64,000 bases of DNA. Source: Bacteroidota bacterium (GTDB lineage Bacteria > Bacteroidota > Bacteroidia > Flavobacteriales_D > Sanyastnellaceae). Below the pieces are notes generated by a model. That model had not been told where the DNA came from, did no database searches, and was given only the letters and a program-made list of their open reading frames with translations. Of this stretch, positions 34,881-45,503 are shown one piece after another. The stretch covers positions 1,396 to 65,395 of the forward strand of contig VGFR01000001.1 in NCBI GenBank assembly GCA_016868835.1, given 5' to 3'. Positions within the stretch are counted from its first letter, which is position 1. Every line of letters begins with the position of its first letter. The position numbers were made by a program, and so were the translations under genes.

Positions 34881-36725
34881 ATGTGTGGAATTGTTGGATT
34901 CATTGGCAATGAGCCGGTCTACGAAAAAATCATCAAAGGATTAAGTAGATTAGAATATCGAGGTTATGATAGCGCGGGGTTAGCAGTAATCGAAAACAAT
35001 GAGCTGTTGGTCCGAAAATGCAAAGGCAAGGTCGCTGACCTACAAAACAATGTGGGTAGTCAGGTTCTTGGTTCTACAATTGGAATAGGACATACCCGTT
35101 GGGCCACTCACGGTGTACCTAACGATGTAAATGCCCATCCGCATTTTGGAGAAAATAAAAACATTGCCCTCATTCACAATGGAATCATTGAAAACTACGC
35201 CTCTTTAAAAGAGGCGCTTATTGGACGCGGACATCATTTCGTTAGTGAAACAGACACAGAGGTGTTGGTGCATTTCATTGAAGATATCCGCGACAGTGAG
35301 CAGGTTTCGTTATTCGAGGCGGTGAGAATGGCGTTGACAGAAGTTGTGGGCGCTTATGCCATTGTTGTGCTTGATCAGAGCAATCCAGATGAATTAATTG
35401 TTGCTAAAAAATCTTCGCCATTGGTTATTGGAATTGGGTCAAATGATGATTACTACATCGCAAGTGATGCCACCCCAATTATCGAATACACGAAGAATGT
35501 TGTTTATCTCAATGATGAAGAGGTTGCCAAATTAAATAGGCGTGAGGGGTTAACCATTGTTAACATTCAAAATCAGAAGCAAACGCCATACATTCAAGAG
35601 TTGGAATTGAAGTTAGAAGCAATAGAAAAAGGAGGGTATGATTCGTTCATGCTGAAAGAAATACATGAGCAACCACGCAGTATTCAAGATTCTTTTAGAG
35701 GTAGACTTAACCTCAAGCAAGGGGTTGTTAAAATGAGTGGTATTGACGATCATGAAGAGCGGTGGAAAAACGCAGGAAGAATTGTTGTTGTTGCCTGTGG
35801 CACCTCGTGGCATGCTGGATTGGTTGCTGAATACCTTTTTGAAGACTTTGCCCGAATTCCAGTTGAAGTGGAATATGCGAGTGAGTTTAGATATCGAAAT
35901 CCTGTATTATTTACGGATGATATAGTCATTGCAATTTCACAATCGGGCGAGACCGCTGACACACTAGCGGCAATTGAATTAGCTAAAGAAAAAGGTGCTT
36001 TCATTTTCGGCGTTTGTAATGTTGTTGGATCTACAATATCCAGAGCAACACACAGTGGCGCATATACACATGCAGGACCTGAAATTGGTGTTGCTTCAAC
36101 CAAGGCGTTTACAGCACAGGTAACCGTTCTTTTTCAAATGGCCTTGGCACTTGCTGAAAAGCGGGGAACATTAAGTTCTGGAAGATTGTCGCGTTTGGTT
36201 GCTGAGCTAAATTCGCTTCCAATAAAAATAACCGAGGTTCTAAAAACAAATGAACAGGTAGAGCAAATTGCTCAGATTTATAAAAACAGAAGCAACGCCC
36301 TGTATTTGGGTCGTGGTTACAGTTTTCCTGTTGCGCTAGAGGGTGCTTTGAAACTCAAGGAAATTTCTTACATCCACGCCGAGGGGTATCCTGCAGCTGA
36401 AATGAAACATGGGCCTATTGCGTTGATTGATGAGAACATGCCGGTGATTGTTATTGCAACCGAGGGTGCTTCATACGAAAAAGTAGTGAGCAATATTCAG
36501 GAAGTTAAAGCGCGTAAAGGGCAAATTATTGCTATTGTAACCGAGGGAGATAAAACCGTGAAAGCTATGGCCGACCACGTGATTGAAATTCCCCGAACTG
36601 ACGATAGTTTAGTTCCTATTCTTTCTGCGGTGCCTCTTCAATTGTTCTCTTATCATGTGGCAATTATGCGCGGATGCAACGTAGACCAACCAAGGAATTT
36701 AGCGAAGAGCGTAACGGTAGAGTAG
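34881..36725 (+). CDS. glmS: Glutamine--fructose-6-phosphate aminotransferase
   Basis: MCGIVGFIG Ntn start, two SIS domains, C-terminal DQPRNLAKSVTVE. 614 aa. Confidence 0.97.
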   Translation: MCGIVGFIGNEPVYEKIIKGLSRLEYRGYDSAGLAVIENNELLVRKCKGKVADLQNNVGSQVLGSTIGIGHTRWATHGVPNDVNAHPHFGENKNIALIHNGIIENYASLKEALIGRGHHFVSETDTEVLVHFIEDIRDSEQVSLFEAVRMALTEVVGAYAIVVLDQSNPDELIVAKKSSPLVIGIGSNDDYYIASDATPIIEYTKNVVYLNDEEVAKLNRREGLTIVNIQNQKQTPYIQELELKLEAIEKGGYDSFMLKEIHEQPRSIQDSFRGRLNLKQGVVKMSGIDDHEERWKNAGRIVVVACGTSWHAGLVAEYLFEDFARIPVEVEYASEFRYRNPVLFTDDIVIAISQSGETADTLAAIELAKEKGAFIFGVCNVVGSTISRATHSGAYTHAGPEIGVASTKAFTAQVTVLFQMALALAEKRGTLSSGRLSRLVAELNSLPIKITEVLKTNEQVEQIAQIYKNRSNALYLGRGYSFPVALEGALKLKEISYIHAEGYPAAEMKHGPIALIDENMPVIVIATEGASYEKVVSNIQEVKARKGQIIAIVTEGDKTVKAMADHVIEIPRTDDSLVPILSAVPLQLFSYHVAIMRGCNVDQPRNLAKSVTVE

Positions 36726-36838
36726 TTTTTGGAAATCGTCCGTTTTACACCTTCGAAAATTAATGGTATTTTAAGAAAAAGGGTTAGCTCATATCGGAGT
36801 AATACAAGTCCCTTGATTGGTCAGTTACGCTAATGTAA

Positions 36839-37252
36839 TTAATAGTATTCAATCAGAACTAGACTAGTTATACCGTCTTTATATAAGTAACTTAACATAA
36901 AGAGGCTAATTGGTAGTTTATTATCACTAACATTTTTCTGAGTTGTAACAATCGTTTTGTCTTTATTGTTAACCGTGTATACTCTCCTAGAATAATAGTC
37001 CCATCCGTTTTTGTGTAAAGTATAAAAAACATCGGTAGGGTATATCCACTCCACACAATCGGTATCAACACCTAATCCATTGAAAATTTCATAAAGAAGA
37101 GAATCTGAGGTATTATCCAAACGATCTGTAAACCATTCCATAATACTATCATTGGATGTTGCCTTCCATGGGGTTTCAAAACTGTATTTTTTTTGAGATA
37201 ACCCACTAAAACAAAAAAGAGATAATATCGAAAACAAAATTATATGTCTCAT
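36839..37252 (-). CDS. Secreted hypothetical protein
   Basis: Signal peptide MRHIILFSILSLFCFSGLSQ. 137 aa, no recognisable motifs. Confidence 0.5.
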   Translation of the reverse strand: MRHIILFSILSLFCFSGLSQKKYSFETPWKATSNDSIMEWFTDRLDNTSDSLLYEIFNGLGVDTDCVEWIYPTDVFYTLHKNGWDYYSRRVYTVNNKDKTIVTTQKNVSDNKLPISLFMLSYLYKDGITSLVLIEYY

Positions 37253-37345
37253 ATAATCGAATTTTTATTGATTTGAAATGACTGAAACAATTTAACAATT
37301 TCTCTTCATTCTATTAGGTTTGAGAAAATTCCGAATTATTAATTA

Positions 37346-38647
37346 TCAGTTTGTAATATAGGCCGATGAAGAACCGAGTATCTCCATAGCCACTCTAAAT
37401 CCTACTCGTGAAGACGACTGATTTAAATACATTGTTTCGAATTTATAGGTCAATAACGACTCGAAGGAATCTGCCCAAGAACCTCCCTTTATCATCTTCA
37501 AAGATTTGTCATTTCCGTAACTATCTTCAACCCACTCAGCAACATTTCCACACAGATCATAAACATCAAGACCTTCATTTGGAAAAGACTTCACGGGTGC
37601 TGTATATTCATAATCATCGTTTGAAGAAAAAATATAGTCTTGACTGAAGTTCGCTAAATATTTTCCTTTTTTATTTGTGAGTTGAAATCCGTCCCAGGCG
37701 AAAAACTGATCAGTCCCGGGCATATAATTCTTTGTTTTAGTAGCAATGGTCCATTCACTTTCCCGGGGCAATCTAAAACCACTAAATAACAGCGGCTCAC
37801 GGTTCATCGAATCCTCTTTATACCAATTTTCATGGGCTTGAATTAGCGTGTTCTCTGTATGGTAAAGAGATTCTCTACTTATTACATTGTTTGTCAACAA
37901 CACCCCTTCATTCAACCTTATCGTTAGCCATTCACAATAGGCTTTAGCCTGCAGCCAGCTTACGCCAACAACCGGATGATTATCGTATTCTTCAACATAA
38001 ATATAATCCATATGGTATGGGAAATGAGTCTTTTCAACACAAGTGATGTCGGGAAAAATCTTAACGGCACTGTCTAATTGATCGCAGACATCTCCATGAT
38101 TTTTGTTACTTGTGATGTAAATCAGGGCGTCATTATTAAAAACATTCATGCCCCTTCGTTTAATGAATAATCTCGATTGAATAATCGGATCGCTCCAATC
38201 GAGTGGAATATCCTCGTTGTAATTTCCATTCGGAAGTCTTTTTTCTGGGTAAGTCTCTGCCAATAAATCTGCGGCCGCCTTGGCTCTCACCCAGTTAATA
38301 AATTCTCGATACTCTCTATTGGTTACTTCATGATCAGATAAAAGAAATGAAGAAACTGTGCAAATGCCCCAAGACGCTTCATCGTATACTTTATTTCCTG
38401 TTTTGAAATCCACCAACGAGTCTTCATGGAAAAAAGATTTATAAGAACTTCCCGGGATTAACCTTAAGTTCCGAGTCAGTTCATACTTCGTTAAATCGAT
38501 TGGTTTTTGCTTTGGGATTTCAAACTTTCCCCCATCGTTGTTGTACTCCCATCCTGTGGCAGTTTGCTTTATACCGCAGCCGGTTAAGGTAAATAAACCT
38601 AAACTTAATGATGCGGTCTTAAGGGTTTTCGAAAAAGTAAATTTCAT
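37346..38647 (-). CDS. FGE-sulfatase (SUMF1) superfamily lipoprotein, GldJ/GldK-like
   Basis: ATG at 38647 gives the lipoprotein signal MKFTFSKTLKTASLSLGLFTLTGC. ATGWEYNNDGG resembles the GldJ N-terminus. HPVVGVSWLQAKAYCEWL, RLPRESEW, GNVAEWV, KGGSW and GFRV are FGE-fold motifs. Confidence 0.65.
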   Translation of the reverse strand: MKFTFSKTLKTASLSLGLFTLTGCGIKQTATGWEYNNDGGKFEIPKQKPIDLTKYELTRNLRLIPGSSYKSFFHEDSLVDFKTGNKVYDEASWGICTVSSFLLSDHEVTNREYREFINWVRAKAAADLLAETYPEKRLPNGNYNEDIPLDWSDPIIQSRLFIKRRGMNVFNNDALIYITSNKNHGDVCDQLDSAVKIFPDITCVEKTHFPYHMDYIYVEEYDNHPVVGVSWLQAKAYCEWLTIRLNEGVLLTNNVISRESLYHTENTLIQAHENWYKEDSMNREPLLFSGFRLPRESEWTIATKTKNYMPGTDQFFAWDGFQLTNKKGKYLANFSQDYIFSSNDDYEYTAPVKSFPNEGLDVYDLCGNVAEWVEDSYGNDKSLKMIKGGSWADSFESLLTYKFETMYLNQSSSRVGFRVAMEILGSSSAYITN

Positions 38648-38778
38648 AATGGTGGTTTTAAATAAATATTCCATGTCATCTCTGAAAGGTGTTTGCTTAA
38701 AAGACGAACGCAGGCTTTTATAAAAAATTATAGTGCCATTCAATTCAAATTGTTGTTACGATTAATTCCAATAAAAAA

Positions 38779-38800
38779 GGGCCTCAAATGAGGCCCTTTT
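38779..38800. terminator. Rho-independent (bidirectional-looking) terminator after the OMP gene
   Basis: GGGCCTC-aaat-GAGGCCC hairpin, flanked by AAAAAA and TTTT. Confidence 0.8.
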
Positions 38801-38819
38801 AATATTCGATAAACTTCTC

Positions 38820-39557
38820 TTAGAAATGGAAATGAACCAATACTTGTGCTGGAGCAACTCCGAACGCATTGTTGTCGGTATCAATACCAAACGAACTACC
38901 ACCCGCGGTAGTTGTAGTGGTGTTTCCAGAAGCGCTATACGTTGTTGTAGATGCATCTCCAGTAGAGCTAAGGCTTAGGCCCCAACCGAACTCGCCGCCG
39001 ATAGAAATCTTAGGTAATACAAAATACTCCACACCAACAAATGCACGAGCACCTATTCCGAAAGAAGAACCGTCTTTCACTTCAAGCGGCGCTCCTTCAG
39101 CATTGTTTGCATACTCATAAGTTATTTTTGATCCGCCAAGGCTCAAACCAGCCATAGCTCCATAGTAACCCTGAAGGCGGGTTGATCCACGACGCTTCTC
39201 AATACCACCTCCGATAGTGATGTTATTGTAGCTATCCTTGGTTAAATCTCCTTCTGTGGTGCCTGGAGTAGATACTGATCCAAAACCAATACGAAGCATT
39301 CCACGGTAAGCCATGTCGTTGGTCATGAACTTCTTTCCAGTGATAGCAGCTGCGCCGTTGGTGTAGCCCATACCAAAACCTGTATTTGAGCCGTTGTTCA
39401 ACATGTTACCGAAGTAAGACAACATAGCAGATGCGTCTGCACCAATAGCGTAGTCGCCAGCCTCTGGTAGATAGTTCTCACCTTTCTTAGATGTTAACTG
39501 AGCATTCATTGTGCCCACAAGCGCTAAAGAAGCGAAAAACAAAAAGATTTTTTTCAT
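38820..39557 (-). CDS. Outer-membrane beta-barrel (porin-family) protein
   Basis: Signal peptide MKKIFLFFASLALVGTMNAQ. Alternating Gly/aromatic beta-strand pattern and a C-terminal ...VLVHFHF ending in Phe. Confidence 0.75.
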   Translation of the reverse strand: MKKIFLFFASLALVGTMNAQLTSKKGENYLPEAGDYAIGADASAMLSYFGNMLNNGSNTGFGMGYTNGAAAITGKKFMTNDMAYRGMLRIGFGSVSTPGTTEGDLTKDSYNNITIGGGIEKRRGSTRLQGYYGAMAGLSLGGSKITYEYANNAEGAPLEVKDGSSFGIGARAFVGVEYFVLPKISIGGEFGWGLSLSSTGDASTTTYSASGNTTTTTAGGSSFGIDTDNNAFGVAPAQVLVHFHF

Positions 39558-39579
39558 GGTTTAAAAATTTTGATTTATC

Positions 39580-39587
39580 CAAACTTA
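39580..39587 (-). promoter_or_regulatory. -7 promoter box (TAAGTTTG on the minus strand) for the OMP gene
   Basis: The plus strand reads caaactta, 22 nt upstream of the ATG. Confidence 0.45.
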
Positions 39588-39695
39588 TGCGGAAGAATAA
39601 CTAATTAGCCTCAGTCACATTCAACATTTCAACAACCGGTCGTTAATTGCGCTGTTGTTCACATAAAATGAACGGGTTAACTCATATCGCAGGAA

Positions 39696-39718
39696 TAAAA
39701 AAGGGGCCACCTGCCCCC
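39696..39718 (-). terminator. Terminator after the OmpA-family gene
   Basis: GGGGC-cacct-GCCCC stem, followed on the minus strand by TTTTTTATT. Confidence 0.55.
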
Positions 39719-39741
39719 TATGTTTTTTATTGCCCAATGGT

Positions 39742-40752
39742 TTACTTTATGATTTTATAAAGTTCTTTCAGATTCGGTTCTAAAATAATCTCTATTCTTC
39801 TGTTCGCATTCTTGTTTTCAGGATCAAGTGGGTGGTATTCGCTGCGACCCGCGGCAGATAATTGTTCGGGGTTAATAGAACTATTTCCTGTTACAATCTT
39901 AATCACCTCAGTTGCTCTCAACACGCTTAACTCCCAATTGTCGCGAGGTATAGATGTAGAATTAATTTTGTCTGTATCGGTATGACCCTCAACAACAATA
40001 TTCAAATCTTTCTCCGTTTGAATAATTCGGGCCAATTCAATGATAGCCGATTTACCCTCCGCGTTTACCTCGGTTTTTCCAGAAGCAAATAAGAGTTGAG
40101 CTTCCATGCTAACATACACCTTACCATTCTCTTCTCGCACCGTAATTCCCTTGTTTTTGAAGTTGAATAACGCTTTTTCTAAACGCTCCTTCAACAACTC
40201 ACTAGCCGACTTTTGCGCCATTAAAAGCGAGTCTAACTCCTTAATTTTTCTCTCGCGCTCAACCAATTCCTTATTCGCCTTCTCTAAAGCCTTTTGTTTT
40301 TCAGCAATTGATTTTCCCAATTTGTATAAAGAATCTTCCTTGATCTGAAGTGCTTCTTTCTTTTTTTCAAGTTCTAAGAGCAGTTCTTTATTTTTGTTAT
40401 TCGACATTTTTAGCAACTCCTCGTTTTTTTCGAGAAGTTCATTATTCAAATCATTGACCTTGTCATACATGCTGCGAATACGTCTGTACTCCTTGCCGTA
40501 CATGGTTGTGTCTTCCTGCAACTTACCCAATTGCTTTTTCTGTGTTTCCATTGATGTGGAAAGCTCTTTGGTGGTTGAGTTCAACTCATCCACTTTCTTC
40601 TGCAATTGAACATTCTCCTGATCGGAATTCTCTTTTGAATTTTTCAATTCACTGTACTTACGCTGAGGCACACAGGCAATCAACAACATCATTGCTGAGA
40701 TTATGGCCAGCTCTCCAAAAAAATTCTTTTTCATTTTTCTTGCTTTATTCAT
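39742..40752 (-). CDS. OmpA/MotB-family lipoprotein with a long N-terminal coiled coil
   Basis: Lipobox ...MMLLIACV, then ~170 aa of K/E/L-rich heptads. C-terminal OmpA-like domain GHTDTD...NWELSVLRA...NRRIEIIL. The start could instead be the MKK at 40734. Confidence 0.8.
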   Translation of the reverse strand: MNKARKMKKNFFGELAIISAMMLLIACVPQRKYSELKNSKENSDQENVQLQKKVDELNSTTKELSTSMETQKKQLGKLQEDTTMYGKEYRRIRSMYDKVNDLNNELLEKNEELLKMSNNKNKELLLELEKKKEALQIKEDSLYKLGKSIAEKQKALEKANKELVERERKIKELDSLLMAQKSASELLKERLEKALFNFKNKGITVREENGKVYVSMEAQLLFASGKTEVNAEGKSAIIELARIIQTEKDLNIVVEGHTDTDKINSTSIPRDNWELSVLRATEVIKIVTGNSSINPEQLSAAGRSEYHPLDPENKNANRRIEIILEPNLKELYKIIK

Positions 40753-40879
40753 TCAAACAAAAATGAAACAACCACTTACATGGAAAAGATGAATATCATT
40801 TACTTTTTAACCGCATACTGTTCGTCATCTCTTTGATTTTGACTCGTTATACGAAAAAATGCGCCTCATTTTCGTGCCC

Positions 40880-41335
40880 ATGAATCGCATTACGTTCCAT
40901 TCCGAAGGGTATCGCGTGCCCAGGCTTAAAAAACACGATTTAAAGCGCTGGCTGATTGAAATTGCTCAAAATCACGACAAACAAATTGTTCGTCTCGCCT
41001 ATAATTTTTGTACAGATACCGAACTCTTGAAAATTAATCAGGAATTTCTACGCCATGACACCTTAACAGATATTATCACATTTGACTATTCAAATCAACA
41101 TCTATTAGAAGGTGAAATTTTTATCAGTCATGAAAGGCTTGTGGAAAACGCTAATTATTTTCAACAAGAATTTACGCATGAATTTCTTCGCATTTTAGTC
41201 CACGGGCTTTTACATCTTATTGGTTTCCAAGACAAAACGAAAAAACTCAAAGAGGAAATGAGACAAAAAGAAAATGAGGCTATCCAACATTTTTTTACTA
41301 TTTTAGCAGAAAATAAAAGTGTTAAAAAAAGATAA
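40880..41335 (+). CDS. ybeY: rRNA maturation RNase YbeY
   Basis: [11 protein letters not shown] metal-binding motif. ~151 aa from ATG 40880. Confidence 0.85.
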   Translation: MNRITFHSEGYRVPRLKKHDLKRWLIEIAQNHDKQIVRLAYNFCTDTELLKINQEFLRHDTLTDIITFDYSNQHLLEGEIFISHERLVENANYFQQEFTHEFLRILVHGLLHLIGFQDKTKKLKEEMRQKENEAIQHFFTILAENKSVKKR

Positions 41336-41357
41336 AAATCCGTTTCACGTGAAACAC

Positions 41358-43229
41358 ATGAAAAATACATACGACGTCATTGTTATAGGTGCTGGTCATG
41401 CAGGAAATGAAGCCTCGGCGGCGGCGGCAAATTTGAATTGCTCAGTTCTCATGATTACCATGGACATGAGTAAAATTGGGCAAATGTCTTGCAATCCAGC
41501 TATGGGTGGGGTGGCTAAAGGACAAATAATCAGAGAGATAGATGCTCTTGGTGGCTATAGTGGAATTGTCTCTGACCGTAGTGCAATACAGTATCGAATG
41601 CTGAATAAAAGTAAGGGTCCTGCCATGTGGAGTCCGCGAACTCAAAATGACCGTATGTTATTCGCCGAGCACTGGAGGTATGTGTTAGAGGAAATTCCAA
41701 CGCTTGACTTTTGGCAAGACAGTGTAAACGAAATTCTCATCGAAAACGATCGGGTTGTAGGTGTAAAAACAGCCATGGGTGTGGTATTTAAATCCGCAAG
41801 TGTTGTTGTCACAAGTGGAACCTTTTTAAATGGCACGATACACGTCGGAGAAAAGCAATTTGGTGGTGGAAGAATGGGAGAAAAGGCCTCTACTGGTATT
41901 ACTGAACAGCTTGTAGCTCTTGGCTTTCAAGCCGGTCGTATGAAAACAGGAACCCCACCGCGAATAGACGGAAGGTCGCTGGATTATTCCAAAATGGAAG
42001 TACAACCAGGTGATGAAAATCCAGTGCGATTCAGTTATTTACCGCAGCCTCAACTGCAAGAACAGCGAAACTGCTGGATCACTTATACCAACACTACTGT
42101 GCATGATATTCTAGCCACGGGATTTGAAAAAAGCCCCATGTTTCAAGGTCGCATAACCGGATTGGGTCCTCGCTATTGCCCATCCATTGAAGACAAAATA
42201 ACACGTTTCGCAGATAAAACGTCGCACCAACTTTTTGTTGAACCAGAGGGTTGGAAAACGGTGGAAATCTACTTGAATGGGTTTTCAACCAGTCTACCTG
42301 AAGATGTACAATATGCGGCGCTGCAGCAAATACCTGGATTTGAAAATGCAAAAATGTTCCGTCCTGGTTACGCCATTGAATACGATTACTTCGCACCAAA
42401 CCAGCTTAAACCAACTTTGGAAACGAAAGGAATTGCAGGGCTTTTCTTTGCCGGTCAAATCAATGGAACCACGGGGTATGAAGAAGCTGCGGGACAAGGA
42501 ATTGTAGCGGGAATGAACGCGGCGCTGCTTGTCAACGAAAAAGAACCATTCGTGCTTCAAAGGAATGAAGCATACATAGGCGTGCTTATAGATGATCTCA
42601 TTACCAAAAGCACAGAGGAACCCTACCGTATGTTTACGAGTCGTGCAGAGTTCAGAACCTTATTGCGACAAGACAATGCCGACGAACGATTAACTCCACT
42701 CTCTCACAAAATTGGTCTTGCGTCAGACGAGCGTATGAACCGACTCAATCAAAAACAATCTGCAATCAAAGAATTAAGTAAAGCATTAGAAAAAACATCT
42801 GTAACTCCAGAAGAAATCAACCCCTATCTTTCCACAATTGGCTCTACTTTAATTGATCAAAAAGTAAAAGCTAAAACAATAGTAACCAGACCCCAAGTAA
42901 GTATCTCCGAACTTGTTCGCGCTGTGGGCTCATTAACGCCAATTATAGACACTTTCTCAGATCAGGTAAATGAGATTGTGGCACAGGTAGAAATAACTTT
43001 AAAATACGCCGGTTATTTAGCTAAAGAAGAAGAAATGGCGAAAAAACTCACCCGTCTTGATCATGTCAAGCTTAATCACGATCTCGATTATTCACAAATT
43101 AACTCGTTAAGCTCAGAGGCTAAGCAAAAATTAAGTCTGGTAAAACCAGCAACAATTGGACAAGCATCACGTATCTCTGGTGTTAATCCAACTGATATTG
43201 CTATCTTGCTTACTTATCTAGGAAGATGA
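41358..43229 (+). CDS. mnmG: tRNA uridine-5-carboxymethylaminomethyl(34) synthesis enzyme MnmG
   Basis: [18 protein letters not shown] motif, [11 protein letters not shown], and C-terminal [14 protein letters not shown] at 41358. Confidence 0.95.
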   Translation: MKNTYDVIVIGAGHAGNEASAAAANLNCSVLMITMDMSKIGQMSCNPAMGGVAKGQIIREIDALGGYSGIVSDRSAIQYRMLNKSKGPAMWSPRTQNDRMLFAEHWRYVLEEIPTLDFWQDSVNEILIENDRVVGVKTAMGVVFKSASVVVTSGTFLNGTIHVGEKQFGGGRMGEKASTGITEQLVALGFQAGRMKTGTPPRIDGRSLDYSKMEVQPGDENPVRFSYLPQPQLQEQRNCWITYTNTTVHDILATGFEKSPMFQGRITGLGPRYCPSIEDKITRFADKTSHQLFVEPEGWKTVEIYLNGFSTSLPEDVQYAALQQIPGFENAKMFRPGYAIEYDYFAPNQLKPTLETKGIAGLFFAGQINGTTGYEEAAGQGIVAGMNAALLVNEKEPFVLQRNEAYIGVLIDDLITKSTEEPYRMFTSRAEFRTLLRQDNADERLTPLSHKIGLASDERMNRLNQKQSAIKELSKALEKTSVTPEEINPYLSTIGSTLIDQKVKAKTIVTRPQVSISELVRAVGSLTPIIDTFSDQVNEIVAQVEITLKYAGYLAKEEEMAKKLTRLDHVKLNHDLDYSQINSLSSEAKQKLSLVKPATIGQASRISGVNPTDIAILLTYLGR

Positions 43230-44002
43230 TGGGCATTATACCACAATTAGGTATTGGATTTAAAAATCACGCAAAAGCATTTGAATTCATTTTCAAACAC
43301 AATTTGTGGTATTACTTTTTCTTACCCGCCTTCTTAACCATTATTCTATTTGTTCTGGGATATTGGGGAATACAATCCGTCTCTCGGTCACTAACAGAGT
43401 ATCTCGTTACGCAACTGTTTCCTGAAAGCTCAGAAGGCTCTATTCTTCAAACAATCATTGATATTCTTGCAATTTTTATTTCACTTCTTATCAAATTTCT
43501 TCTCGGTTTAATTCTTTACAACTATCTCAAATATATTGTACTGATATTTTGCTCACCTATACTTGCCCATCTATCTGAAAAAACAGAAGCCCTTGTAACA
43601 GGTATATCCACGCCTTTTTCTTTTACACAATTTTTAAAGGATATTTCACGTGGAATATTGGTTGTTTTTCGAAATTTTATCATTGAAACAGGAATCTTTG
43701 TTGCATCATTGTTGTTTGTCTGGATACCTATCTTAAAATGGTTTGTATTTCCTATACAATGGGGTTTCAATTGGTATTTTATCGGGTACAGCCTATTCGA
43801 CTATTCTTATGAAAGGAGGGGTTGGCCCATATCTAAAGGAACAATATTCACACAAAGACATAAATCCCTTGCTATTGTTCATGGATTTGTCTTCTCACAA
43901 ATCATGAAAGTGCCATTCGTTGGAATTTGTATAGCGCCTATAGTTGGGATTGTAGCAGCAACCTTATGTTTTCTTGAACTCGAAAAAACTACTACTTCAT
44001 AA
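43226..44002 (+). CDS. EI24/CysZ-like polytopic membrane protein
   Basis: Multiple TM segments and an N-terminal [23 protein letters not shown], as in EI24-domain proteins. Overlaps the mnmG stop. Confidence 0.5.
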   Translation: MMGIIPQLGIGFKNHAKAFEFIFKHNLWYYFFLPAFLTIILFVLGYWGIQSVSRSLTEYLVTQLFPESSEGSILQTIIDILAIFISLLIKFLLGLILYNYLKYIVLIFCSPILAHLSEKTEALVTGISTPFSFTQFLKDISRGILVVFRNFIIETGIFVASLLFVWIPILKWFVFPIQWGFNWYFIGYSLFDYSYERRGWPISKGTIFTQRHKSLAIVHGFVFSQIMKVPFVGICIAPIVGIVAATLCFLELEKTTTS

Positions 44003-45503
44003 ACTTCTGGCCATTAACTTTGGTTAAGACACCCTGCGCATAAAATAAAGTCTGCACTACATTACCAAACTCATCATAATATTTCCAATCACCCGATTTT
44101 TCACCTCCTTCAAATTCACCTTTTGATTCCAACTTACCATTATCATAAAAATATTCATGCTTCCCAATAGCAACACCCAATTGAAACGATCCAGAAAATA
44201 CAACAACTTCACCCCTTTTAAAAACCCACTCCCCATCTTTTTCTCCTTCCACATAATTACCTTCTCTTACTAACTCATTAACCATTTCTTTCCATGTACC
44301 CTGGCGCAAACCATCTAAATATTCACCTTGTAACAAAATTGTTCCCAATGAATCATCGGCCAACTCCAAGTAGGATCCATTTAATTTACCCTTTCTGTAA
44401 TTTTCTTCCCTCAATAATTTTCCACTAGGATAATACCATTTCCAAGGACCTGTTAGCAATCCATTTTCGTATTTTCCTTGTTGTTCTATCTTCCCGTTTT
44501 CAGATAAAAAAGTCCAAATCCCATATTTCTTTCCTTGTTTGAAATTCCCAATAGTTCGAATAAGACCATTTTGATAGAAATATTTCCATTCTCCCTCTTC
44601 CCTCCCTAACGAATCAAATTTACCCTCTGATATAGCTTGATCATTCAAATAAATACGCGTAGAAATAATGTTTCCCGTGGAATCGAACGACTGGAAATGT
44701 CCATGCTTTACACTCCCTCTGAAACTACCTATTTGTTGCACTCTACCCTTCTCATCATACTCTTTTTTAACTTCTATAAATTTTGTCTGCTCATCATTCT
44801 GAACCAATTGCCCCATTTCGTAATAGAGATATTTTTCGAAAACTCCTTGTCTGTTGTAATACTTGAACAAACCCTGTTTCAAACCATTCACATAATTTCC
44901 CTCCTCCTTTATCTCTCCAAAGGAGTACAACTCTTGCCAAAATCCAATTTTCTTTCCTAACCCATCATATCTATTTAACTTTTCTTGACTGTAAATAAGT
45001 CCGTTTTTGTAGGTTGTTTTTGTAATTATCCTACCATCAATTTCATCATATTCTTTCAATACACCAGATAAAACATTATTCTCATAAACACCTTGTTCTT
45101 TGACTTTTCCTGATTGAAAATAAACTATGTATTCTCCTTGCTTAACATTACCTGTATAGGTAAACGATTTTACTTTTCTTTCTAACGAATCGTAATAAAT
45201 TTCTATTCCTTCCTTTAAATCATTCTTGTATGAAATGAGTTGACTCAACGATCCATTCTCTCTATAAAACTTCCACGTGGAATCCAGTAAAAACAATGTT
45301 CTATTTCCCTCTGATTTGAGTTTTCCATTGGAATAATATGTTTTCCAATACCCATTCGGTCTACCCTTTTCTATACTACCTTCAGAACTCACCACTCCAT
45401 TTTGAAAATAATATTTCGTATACGTTACTCCTGGCTGAGACCATGAAAAATGAAAACTAATAACAAACAAGACCAGGGTAAGAATAATGTGGGTTGTTTT
45501 CAT
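43992..45503 (-). CDS. MORN-variant (YwqK-like) repeat protein, secreted
   Basis: About 20 copies of G.W..YY.NG.l..EG.y..G...G. Signal peptide MKTTHIILTLVLFVISF from ATG 45503 (alternative upstream ATGs reach 45533). Confidence 0.75.
   Translation of the reverse strand: MKTTHIILTLVLFVISFHFSWSQPGVTYTKYYFQNGVVSSEGSIEKGRPNGYWKTYYSNGKLKSEGNRTLFLLDSTWKFYRENGSLSQLISYKNDLKEGIEIYYDSLERKVKSFTYTGNVKQGEYIVYFQSGKVKEQGVYENNVLSGVLKEYDEIDGRIITKTTYKNGLIYSQEKLNRYDGLGKKIGFWQELYSFGEIKEEGNYVNGLKQGLFKYYNRQGVFEKYLYYEMGQLVQNDEQTKFIEVKKEYDEKGRVQQIGSFRGSVKHGHFQSFDSTGNIISTRIYLNDQAISEGKFDSLGREEGEWKYFYQNGLIRTIGNFKQGKKYGIWTFLSENGKIEQQGKYENGLLTGPWKWYYPSGKLLREENYRKGKLNGSYLELADDSLGTILLQGEYLDGLRQGTWKEMVNELVREGNYVEGEKDGEWVFKRGEVVVFSGSFQLGVAIGKHEYFYDNGKLESKGEFEGGEKSGDWKYYDEFGNVVQTLFYAQGVLTKVNGQKFMK

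Noticed and set aside
41209-41241. The YbeY metal site reads [11 protein letters not shown], with Asp where E. coli has the third His. This could be taken as an inactivated enzyme.
   Set aside because: As far as I recall, H-x3-H-x5-D is the normal Bacteroidota form of the motif, so this is lineage-typical rather than degenerate.
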